A stretch of DNA of 18,664 bases, from contig JAQGDQ010002493.1 in assembly GCA_030141605.1 (NCBI GenBank), positions 1 to 18,664 of the forward strand, in the 5' to 3' direction. The notes below the pieces were generated by a model. It was not told the origin of the DNA and did not search any database. It saw only the letters and a list, made by a program, of their open reading frames with translations. A program made the translations under genes and the position numbers. This DNA comes from Tubiluchus corallicola (taxonomy: Eukaryota; Animalia; Priapulida). Shown piece by piece: positions 1 through 7,837 of the stretch (positions within the stretch are counted from its first letter, which is position 1; each line of letters begins with the position of its first letter).

Positions 1-1350
1 ATAGATCTGAGTAATAAGAACCCTTTTGACAATCCTACGTCTCCCATAGTGCTGGATTACGAAACGGCGAATCTGCATGAACTACACGGGCATACATACG
101 ACTCCTTAGGTAATGCTATAGCGAATGTGGTAGTAAGTGTTTACAGCGGAGAAACCCTTCTTAGAAGCGTAAACACAAATGATAATGGCCGTTACAGTAC
201 AGCTTTGCCCGATGGTGATTATACTGTAGATGCAATGCTCGTCCCATACTCTCACAAGATAGAAGAGATAACGATAGATTCGGATGATTTACTGCTTGAC
301 CTGACCTTGGAAAGCAATAAAGGCAGGATAAGTTCCGGATATGGAGTATCGTACATAGATGACAATGGGGATCTGTGGAACTGGGGAGATTCTAGATATG
401 CTCTCAGCGGCATAACAACTGTACCGAAAAATGTAACGCCGACTTATCCTGATTTGAGTAATCTTGTCATGACAACGACAGGATATAGTCATAATGCCTA
501 TAGAGGCTATACTGTAGCATTGCGTTCTGACCAAAAACTTTATTCTTGGGGGTATAATAGTAATGGTCAGCTCGGCATTAATAATACAACTGATAAATCT
601 GCCCCTGTAGAAGTTATGTTAGGCAATTTGAATGGAGATGCTATTATAGACTTGTCGGCAGGTATGTATCATACTCTCGCTCTTACATCAAAAAGACAGG
701 TTGCTGCTTGGGGAGGAAATACAAATTACCAACTCGGCTTTTCTGACAAAAGTAACGTCCTCGTTCCCACCATTATCCCAGGCTTAGATAATATATCCTC
801 CGTTAAAGCAGGTGCTTGGCACAGTGCTGTCCTGACAAAAGATGGCAAGGTATATACATGGGGTAGAAACAATTATGGCCAACTTGGCGTGGCGGGTGCT
901 GATACGCATATACCGCAGCTGGTCAGTGGTTTTGATAGCGACGTCATTGAAATATCGGCAGGTGGAGCTCATACGCTTGCGCTTACCAGGAAAGGCACCC
1001 TCTACGGCTGGGGATACAATAATTACAAGCAAGTAAATAGTTCCTCGAGCAATACCATAACAACTCCTCAAGTGCTACAAGTAGGTATTATAGAGATTGA
1101 AGCCGGTATGCATACTAGTTTTGCCATAAAGAGTAGCGGTGAGGTTTTATCTTGGGGGTATAGTAGATACAGCAGTAGAGGTGACCTAACCTCTCTTGCG
1201 AATAAAGATATCATTATACTCAGCGGTGGGCGTTTCGGCGGACAAGCCATAGACTCAAAAGGTCAGGTATACACATGGGGACATTCTCGAATGACCGGAA
1301 TAGGCGTTGAAAGCGCTACCCCAATAAACATAACCGACAAGCTACAGTAA
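1..1350 (+). CDS. RCC1/BLIP-II beta-propeller lipoprotein, array copy 1 (5' part outside window)
   Basis: Frame is open from base 1 (IDLSNKNPFDNPTSPIVLDY...), so the track start at 49 is internal. Colinear without indels with 2807-4156 and 5865-7214. RCC1 motifs such as LYSWGYNSNGQLG, SAGMYHTLAL and VYTWGRNNYGQLG; seven xWG blade motifs. Confidence 0.9.
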   Translation: MDLSNKNPFDNPTSPIVLDYETANLHELHGHTYDSLGNAIANVVVSVYSGETLLRSVNTNDNGRYSTALPDGDYTVDAMLVPYSHKIEEITIDSDDLLLDLTLESNKGRISSGYGVSYIDDNGDLWNWGDSRYALSGITTVPKNVTPTYPDLSNLVMTTTGYSHNAYRGYTVALRSDQKLYSWGYNSNGQLGINNTTDKSAPVEVMLGNLNGDAIIDLSAGMYHTLALTSKRQVAAWGGNTNYQLGFSDKSNVLVPTIIPGLDNISSVKAGAWHSAVLTKDGKVYTWGRNNYGQLGVAGADTHIPQLVSGFDSDVIEISAGGAHTLALTRKGTLYGWGYNNYKQVNSSSSNTITTPQVLQVGIIEIEAGMHTSFAIKSSGEVLSWGYSRYSSRGDLTSLANKDIIILSGGRFGGQAIDSKGQVYTWGHSRMTGIGVESATPINITDKLQ

Positions 1351-1384
1351 CATTTTGCGATTTACAGTCGGTATCTTTTTACAT

Positions 1385-1408
1385 GGTCGCCCCGCATTTG
1401 GGGCGACC
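1385..1408 (+). terminator. GC-rich hairpin after copy 1 (terminator-like, no U-tract)
   Basis: GGTCGCCCC-GCATTT-GGGGCGACC, a perfect 9-bp stem 34 nt after the stop codon; followed by TCTACAGA rather than poly-T. Confidence 0.55.
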
Positions 1409-1671
1409 TCTACAGATTATCAAAAGGTATTAGTATGAATGGTGGTGCACAATAATGCGTTATAAAGTCCACCTACTCCGCTGTTCACTAAATTAATCCA
1501 CCAAGGGCAATCGATGGTTTTACTGCTCTGATGATCTCGTAACCGATTTTGCTTCCTCAGTCATTTTAATGATGGCGACACCTAACTTTTCCCAAATTAC
1601 CAATAAAAATGGTCAACTAAGAATTATATCATAAAAAACTAGCTTACGCATTAATGTTATTAACAAAATAG

Positions 1672-1708
1672 TGTTATAATGTGTTTATGGACAGTCTCTT
1701 AAAGGAGG
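1672..1708 (+). promoter_or_regulatory. Extended -10 promoter element and Shine-Dalgarno of copy 2
   Basis: TG-T-TATAAT at 1672-1680; AAGGAGG at 1702-1708, 8 nt before ATG 1717. No good -35 element seen. Confidence 0.65.
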
Positions 1709-1716
1709 TATATTTT

Positions 1717-4156
1717 ATGAGAATTTTCAAACTTTTGTTGGCGCTTTCCTTGGCAAGCGTGCTTTTTGCCGGATGCTCCAACGGCTCGTCCGGTAGTGGT
1801 GAGGTTACTACATCCGAGATAAGCATCAGTGGCAAACTGGAAAACAGTTTCGGATATCCGGCCTCAGGTGTAGACGCTGTTCTTGAGAAGGATGGTCTTA
1901 TCGTAGGCGAGACCGTGACGGACATCAATGGCGAGTACTCTTTCTTAGCAAAACAGGGTTCATATTCCCTCAGCTTTAGCGGCGGAGGCTACAGCGGCAA
2001 AACTATCTCCGTCAACACAGAGGAAGGTGGAGTTATCCCCGTACAGCAGGTAACGGTGGATTTTGGAACCAACGGTATTGTGATTGGCAAAATCTCTGAA
2101 GATGCTGAAGGTATTATCTATGTGGGGGATGCTGATATTGTAAGCGGCTCAACTTCAGTGAAGAGCACCTACAAAGGCTATTACTCCATCGTGTTGCCCC
2201 ACGGCACCCATGATATACTTTTCAGAAAAACAGGCCATATAGGCACTAGCAGAACCCATACTTTTAGTGAGAATGAACCTTATGTAATTGACAACATAGT
2301 GATGGAGGTAGACACCCCAAATTATGGTGCGGTGTACGGTACCGTTAGTCAAAAGCTGGGCGGTATAGGCGGCCAGCCGGAAGTGACAATTCCATTTTAT
2401 GGTGCTGAAGTAAGGTTGCGACTAGGCAACAACCCTATACAGACCGTAGCGATGACAAATCTGTATACAGATTCGTAGATTTGCACAACACATATGATGT
2501 GAGGGGAGTTTCTGGTCTTCACATTAACTATACAAGCGATCCATTCGATCTATCCGCAACTAATCCTTACCAAGAGAATAATTATGTTATGGATCTAGAT
2601 ACGAGCACATACGGTGCATACTATGGTCATATGGCGGATGAATTTGGCAGAGATTTGAGCGGAGTTGAGATCACATTTAACGGTCAAGGCGATAAGAATG
2701 GTGATGTGATAAGTGATTCTACGGCTTTTTCTATGCAATCTTGGATCACGGTTCTTACGATGCGATATTTGAGAAGGACGGCTTTAAGAAGACCGCGCGT
2801 TTCAGTATAGATCTGAGTGAGAACAAACCTTTTGACAATCCTGCGTCTCCCATAATGCTAAATTACGAAACGGCGAATCTGCATGAACTGCACGGGCATA
2901 TATATAACTCTATAGGTGATGCTCTAGCGAATGTGGTAGTAAGTGTTTACAGCGGAGAAACCCTTCTTAGAAGCGTAAACACAAATGATAATGGTCGTTA
3001 CAGTACAGCTTTGCCCGATGGTGATTATACTGTAGATGCAATGCTCGTCCCATACTCTCACAAGATAGAAGAGATAACGATAGATTCGGATGATTTGCTG
3101 CTTGACCTGTCCTTGGGAAGCAATAAAGGCAGGATAAGTTCCGGATTTGGAGTATCGTACATAGATGACAACGGTGATCTGTGGAACTGGGGAGATTCTA
3201 CATATGCTCTCAGCGGCATAACAACTGTACCGAAAAATGTAACGCCGACTTATCCCGAACTGAGTAATCTTGTCATGACAACAACAGGATATAATCCTCC
3301 TTACTCTAGAGGCTATACTGTAGCATTGCGTTCTGACCAAAAGCTTTATTCTTGGGGGTATAATAGTAATGGTCAGCTCGGCATTAATAATACAACTGAT
3401 AAATCTGCCCCAGTAGAAGTTATGTTAGGCAATTTGAATGGAGATGCTATTGTAGACTTGTCGGCCGGCATGTATCATGTTCTCGCTCTTACATCGAAAA
3501 GGCAGGTTGCTGCTTGGGGAGGAAATACACATTACCAACTCGGCTTTTCTGACACAAGTAACGTCCTCGTTCCTACCATTATCCCAGGCTTAGATAATAT
3601 ATCCTCCGCTCAAGCAGGTGCTTTGCACAGTGTTGTCTTGACAAAAGATGGCAAGGTATATACATGGGGTAGAAACAGTTATGGCCAACTTGGCGTGACG
3701 AGTGCTGATACGCATATACCGCAGCTGGTCAGTGGTTTTGATAGCGACGTCATTGAAATATCGGTAGGTGGATCTCATACGCTTGCGCTTACCAGGAAAG
3801 GCACCCTCTACGGCTGGGGATACAATAATTACAAGCAAGTGAATAGTTCCTCGAGCAGTACCATAACAACTCCTCAAGTGCTACAAGTAGGTATTATAGA
3901 GATTGAAGCCGGTATGCATACTAGTTTTGCCATAAAGAGTAGCGGTGAGGTTTTGTCTTGGGGAGATAATGCCCACAGCAGTAGAGGTGACCTGACCTCT
4001 CTTGCGAATAAAGGTATCATTATACTCAGCGGTGGGCGTTACGGCGGACAAGCCATAGACTCAAAAGGTCAGGTATACACATGGGGACATTCTCGAATGA
4101 CCGGAATAGGCGTTGTAAGCGCTACCCCAATAAACATAACCGACAAGCTACAGTAA
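1717..4156 (+). CDS. RCC1/BLIP-II beta-propeller lipoprotein, array copy 2 (two apparent frameshifts, ~2447 and ~2723)
   Basis: Joins track ORFs 1681-2478, 2481-2810 and 2741-4156. Signal peptide MRIFKLLLALSLASVLFAG-C. Relative to copy 3 it lacks 4 nt at ~2447 (ACCGTAGCG vs ACCGTGTATAGCG) and one G at ~2723 (ACGGCT vs ACGGGCT). Could be sequencing error or a pseudogene. Confidence 0.85.
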
Positions 4157-4190
4157 CATTTTGCGATTTACAGTCGGTCTCTTTTTACAT

Positions 4191-4214
4191 GGTCGCCCCG
4201 CATTTGGGGCGACC
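4191..4214 (+). terminator. GC-rich hairpin after copy 2
   Basis: Identical GGTCGCCCC-GCATTT-GGGGCGACC stem-loop; no downstream U-tract. Confidence 0.55.
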
Positions 4215-4262
4215 ACTACAGTTTATCAAAAGGTATTAGTATGAATAGTGGTGCACAATAAT

Positions 4263-4545
4263 ACACTAGACCCATGACCATACCGACTCTGCGGTTTATT
4301 AAGCTATCAAGAGCACAAACGTTTTATTCTTAATCACCGCATCTCATCTACCTACAACAGAAAATCATTTGCACTCCACAGCAAACCCCCACAACCCACA
4401 CCAAAAAACACACAACAAACAAACCAAACCCCCCAACAAACACAACCGACTTCCATCAAAAGCTTCAGCAAAAATAGAACTCACACTAAGTACGCCGGCG
4501 CAAATATACCTATAAGTCCGCTTTAAGCTCCACCTAATACACCTA
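4263..4545. other. A/C-rich low-complexity junction; degraded copy of the flank at 7321-7500
   Basis: ACACTAGACCCATGACCATACCGACTCTGCGG aligns to 7321 ACACTAGACGCCATGACCAGTACCGGAGGCTCTGCGG with G and T bases missing; 4382-4447 consists only of A and C. Confidence 0.7.
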
Positions 4546-4733
4546 TTCACTAAATTAATCCACCAAGGGCAATCGATGGTTTTACTGCTCTGATGATCTC
4601 GTAACCGATTTTGCTTCCTCAGTCATTTTAATGATGGCGACACCTAACTTTTCCCAAATTACCACTAAAAATGGTCAACTAAGAATTATATCATAAAAAA
4701 CTAGCTTACGCATTAATGTTATTAACAAAATAG

Positions 4734-4770
4734 TGTTATAATGTGTTTATGGACAGTCTCTTAAAGGAGG
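4734..4770 (+). promoter_or_regulatory. Extended -10 promoter element and Shine-Dalgarno of copy 3
   Basis: TG-T-TATAAT at 4734-4742; AAGGAGG at 4764-4770, before ATG 4779. Confidence 0.65.
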
Positions 4771-4778
4771 TATATTTT

Positions 4779-7214
4779 ATGAGAATTTTCAAACTTTTGT
4801 TGGCGCTTTCCTTGGCAAGCGTGCTTTTTGCCGGATGCTCCAACGGCTCGTCCGGTAGTGGTGAGGTTACTACATCCGAGATAAGCATCAGTGGCAAACT
4901 GGAAAACAGTTTCGGATATCCGGCCTCAGGTGTAGACGCTGTTCTTGAGAAGGATGGTCTTATCGTAGGCGAGACCGTGACAGACATCAATGGCGAGTAC
5001 TCTTTCTTAGCAAAACAGGGCTCATATTCCCTCAGCTTTAGCGGCGGAGGCTACAGCGGCAAAACTATCTCCGTCAACACAGAGGAAGGTGGAGTTATCC
5101 CCGTACAGCAGGTAACGGTGGATTTTGGAACCAACGGTATTGTGATTGGCAAAATCTCTGAAGATGCTGAAGGTATTATCTATGTGGGGGATGCTGATAT
5201 TGTAAGCGGCTCAACTTCAGTGAAGAGCACCTACAAAGGCTATTACTCCATCGTGTTGCCCCACGGCACCCATGATATACTTTTCAGAAAAACAGGCCAT
5301 ATAGGCACTAGCAGAACCCATACTTTTAGTGAGAATGAACCTTATGTAATTGACAACATAGTGATGGAGGTAGACACCCCAAATTATGGTGCGGTGTACG
5401 GTACCGTTAGTCAAAAGCTGGGCGGTATAGGCGGCCAGCCGGAAGTGGTAATTCCATTTTATGGTGCTGAAGTAAGATTGCGACTAGGCAACAACCCTAT
5501 ACAGACCGTGTATAGCGATGACAAATCTGTATACAGATTCGTAGATTTGCACAACACATATGATGTGAGGTTCTGGTCTACATTAACTATACAAGCGATC
5601 CGTTCGATCTATCCGCAACTAATCCTTACCGAAGATAATTATGTTATGGATCTAGATACGAGCACATACGGTGCATACTATGGTCATATGGCGGATGAAT
5701 TTGGCAGAGATTTGAGCGGAGTTGAGATCACATTTAACGGTCAAGGCGATAAGAATGGTGATGTGATAAGTGATTCTACGGGCTTTTTCTATGCAATCTT
5801 GGATCACGGTTCTTACGATGCGATATTTGAGAAGGACGGCTTTAAGAAGACCGCACGTTTCAGTATAGATCTGAGTGAGAACAAACCTTTTGACAATCCT
5901 GCGTCTCCCATAATGCTAAATTACGAAACGGCGAATCTGCATGAACTGCACGGACATATATATGACTCCTTAGGTGATACTCTAGCGAATGTGGTAGTAA
6001 GTGTTTACAGCGGAGAAACCCTTCTTAGAAGCGTAAACACAAATGATAATGGTCGTTACAGTACAGCTTTGCCCGATGGTGATTATACTGTAGATGCAAT
6101 GCTCGTCCCATACTCTCACAAGATAGAAGAGATAACGATAGATTCGGATGATTTACTGCTTGACCTGACCTTGGAAAGCAATAAAGGCAGGATAAGTTCC
6201 GGATATGGAGTATCGTACATAGATGACAATGGGGATCTGTGGAACTGGGGAGATTCTAGATATGCTCTCAGCGGCATAACAACTGTACCGAAAAATGTAA
6301 CGCCGACTTATCCTGATTTGAGTAATCTTGTCATGACAACGACAGGATATAGTCATAATGCCTATAGAGGCTATACTGTAGCATTGCGTTCTGACAACAA
6401 GCTTTATTCTTGGGGATATAATGGTTATGGTCAGCTCGGCATTAATAATACAACTGATAAATCTGCCCCAGTAGAAGTTATGTTAGGCAATTTGAATGGA
6501 GATGCTATTGTAGACTTGTCGGCAGGCACGTATCATGCTCTCGCCCTTACATCGAAAAGGCAGGTTGCTGCTTGGGGAGGAAATACACATTACCAACTCG
6601 GCTTTTCTGACAAAAGTAACATCCTCGTTCCTACCCTTATCCCAGGCTTAGATAATATATCCTCCGTTCAAGCAGGTGATTTGCACAGTGCTGTCCTGAC
6701 AAAAGATGGCAAGGTATATACATGGGGTAACAACAGTTATGGCCAACTTGGCGTGACGAGTGCTGATACGCATATACCGCAGCTGGTCAGTGGTTTTGAT
6801 AGCGACGTCATTGAAATATCGGCAGGTGGATCTCATACGCTTGCGCTTACTAAGAAAGGCACCCTCTACGGCTGGGGATACAATAATCACAAGCAAGTGA
6901 ATAGTTCCTCGAGCAATACCATAACAACTCCTCAAGTGCTACAAGTAGGTATTATAGAGATTGAAGCCGGTATGTATACTAGTTTTGCCATAAAGAGTAG
7001 CGGTGAAGTTTTATCTTGGGGAAATAATGCCCACAGCAGTAGAGGTGACCTAACCTCTCTTGCGAATAAAGATATCATTACACTCAGCGGTGGGCTTTGC
7101 GGCGGACAAGCCATAGACTCAAAAGGTCAAGTATACACATGGGGACATTATCAAGTGACCGGAATAGGCGTTGAAAGCGCTACCCCAATAAACATAACTG
7201 ACAAGCTACAGTAA
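4779..7214 (+). CDS. RCC1/BLIP-II beta-propeller lipoprotein with prealbumin-like stalk domains, array copy 3 (811 aa from the SD-supported ATG)
   Basis: Lipobox LFAG-C and Ser/Gly tether SNGSSGSG. About five repeats resembling carboxypeptidase-regulatory-like domains (e.g. ETVTDINGEYSFLAKQGSYSLSF, VISDSTGFFYAILDHGSYDAIF, VNTNDNGRYSTALPDGDYTV). Seven blades: WNWG, YSWG, AAWG, YTWG, YGWG, LSWG, YTWG. Confidence 0.92.
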   Translation: MRIFKLLLALSLASVLFAGCSNGSSGSGEVTTSEISISGKLENSFGYPASGVDAVLEKDGLIVGETVTDINGEYSFLAKQGSYSLSFSGGGYSGKTISVNTEEGGVIPVQQVTVDFGTNGIVIGKISEDAEGIIYVGDADIVSGSTSVKSTYKGYYSIVLPHGTHDILFRKTGHIGTSRTHTFSENEPYVIDNIVMEVDTPNYGAVYGTVSQKLGGIGGQPEVVIPFYGAEVRLRLGNNPIQTVYSDDKSVYRFVDLHNTYDVRFWSTLTIQAIRSIYPQLILTEDNYVMDLDTSTYGAYYGHMADEFGRDLSGVEITFNGQGDKNGDVISDSTGFFYAILDHGSYDAIFEKDGFKKTARFSIDLSENKPFDNPASPIMLNYETANLHELHGHIYDSLGDTLANVVVSVYSGETLLRSVNTNDNGRYSTALPDGDYTVDAMLVPYSHKIEEITIDSDDLLLDLTLESNKGRISSGYGVSYIDDNGDLWNWGDSRYALSGITTVPKNVTPTYPDLSNLVMTTTGYSHNAYRGYTVALRSDNKLYSWGYNGYGQLGINNTTDKSAPVEVMLGNLNGDAIVDLSAGTYHALALTSKRQVAAWGGNTHYQLGFSDKSNILVPTLIPGLDNISSVQAGDLHSAVLTKDGKVYTWGNNSYGQLGVTSADTHIPQLVSGFDSDVIEISAGGSHTLALTKKGTLYGWGYNNHKQVNSSSSNTITTPQVLQVGIIEIEAGMYTSFAIKSSGEVLSWGNNAHSSRGDLTSLANKDIITLSGGLCGGQAIDSKGQVYTWGHYQVTGIGVESATPINITDKLQ

Positions 7215-7248
7215 CATTTTGCGATTTACAGTCGGTATCTTTTTACAT

Positions 7249-7272
7249 GGTCGCCCCGCATTTGGGGCGACC
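7249..7272 (+). terminator. GC-rich hairpin after copy 3
   Basis: Identical 9-bp stem with GCATTT loop; no U-tract. Confidence 0.55.
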
Positions 7273-7561
7273 TCTACAGATTATCAAAAGGTATTAGTAT
7301 GAATAGTGGTGCACAATAATACACTAGACGCCATGACCAGTACCGGAGGCTCTGCGGTTTATTATCGCTATCAAGAGCACAAACGTTTTATTCTTAATCA
7401 CCGCAGTCTCATCTACCTACAGAGCAGTATAAATCATTTGCACTCCACAGCAAACCCCGTCCACGTCAATGCCCACACCAAAAAAAGAACATCACAAAAA
7501 TCATAACCAGAAGTGTCCAAGAGCCCGCCCAGACTGAGAACACCACAGGAAGAACAACAAG

Positions 7562-7837
7562 CTAGACCCTCAAGTCAATAATAGAACCGAGCATTTCATT
7601 GTAAGTGCGTGCAACTTGGATATTTGCCTGCAAATAGCGCAAATTCGTAATGCTGTCAACGGTCTCCTTAGCCAAATCAACTTCTGAAACCCTAGTGTAA
7701 TCCGGCTCCCGCATAGAATCCACCGAAGTAAAGTCATAACGTTTAGTATTGACGTTGGCGATATTGTGCGCGATTTCATCCTGTCTGTTTATGCTGCTCT
7801 GAATTCCATCCAAGGAACTGTATAGACCATTTACCAT
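7562..7837 (-). CDS. Small flagellar basal-body rod/hook family protein (N- and C-terminal motifs only)
   Basis: N-terminal rod motif IAHNIANVNT and C-terminal SEVDLAKETVDSITNLRYLQANIQVARTYNEMLGSIIDL; GAGGTG SD 8 nt upstream of ATG 7837. Confidence 0.82.
   Translation of the reverse strand: MVNGLYSSLDGIQSSINRQDEIAHNIANVNTKRYDFTSVDSMREPDYTRVSEVDLAKETVDSITNLRYLQANIQVARTYNEMLGSIIDLRV

Larger units (their letters stand above)
1..1456 (+). repeat. Tandem cassette unit 1 (partial)
   Basis: Matches 2807-4262 (offset 2806) and 5865-7320 (offset 5864), including the 3' non-coding sequence up to GTGCACAATAAT. Confidence 0.95.
1484..4262 (+). repeat. Tandem cassette unit 2 (promoter region, gene, hairpin)
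   Basis: Starts at TTCACTAAATTAATCC, shared with 4546 (offset 3062), and ends at GTGCACAATAAT. Confidence 0.95.
4546..7320 (+). repeat. Tandem cassette unit 3
   Basis: Near-identical to 1484-4262. Confidence 0.95.

Noticed and set aside
1681-1716. GTG starts at 1681 and 4743 given by the ORF track
   Set aside because: They abut the -10 element and lie upstream of the AAGGAGG SD; ATG 1717 and 4779 give a proper lipoprotein signal peptide.
4365-4550. 61-aa hydrophobic minus-strand ORF resembling a small membrane toxin
   Set aside because: It arises from the A/C-only tract, which is probably a consensus artefact; the Leu/Val/Cys/Gly content follows from G/T-only codons.
289-7114. Recurring antisense or alternate-frame ORFs within the array (e.g. 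289-534, 784-1071, 1674-1928, 3590-3877, 6648-6935)
   Set aside because: They are shadows of the lipoprotein genes, recur only because the DNA is repeated, and have no recognisable motifs.
1-7320. Calling the array a confirmed diversity-generating retroelement
   Set aside because: No reverse transcriptase, Avd or template repeat in the window; variation spans more than 1 kb and includes synonymous C/T changes. Kept only as a hypothesis.
1351-7320. CRISPR array or integron cassette array suggested by the recurring hairpin
   Set aside because: The hairpin recurs at ~3 kb spacing as part of duplicated whole genes; there are no unique spacers, cas genes, integrase or recognisable attC ends.
7306-7506. 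66-aa ORF after copy 3
   Set aside because: No recognisable motif or clear SD; it straddles the repeat boundary and an A/C-skewed stretch.
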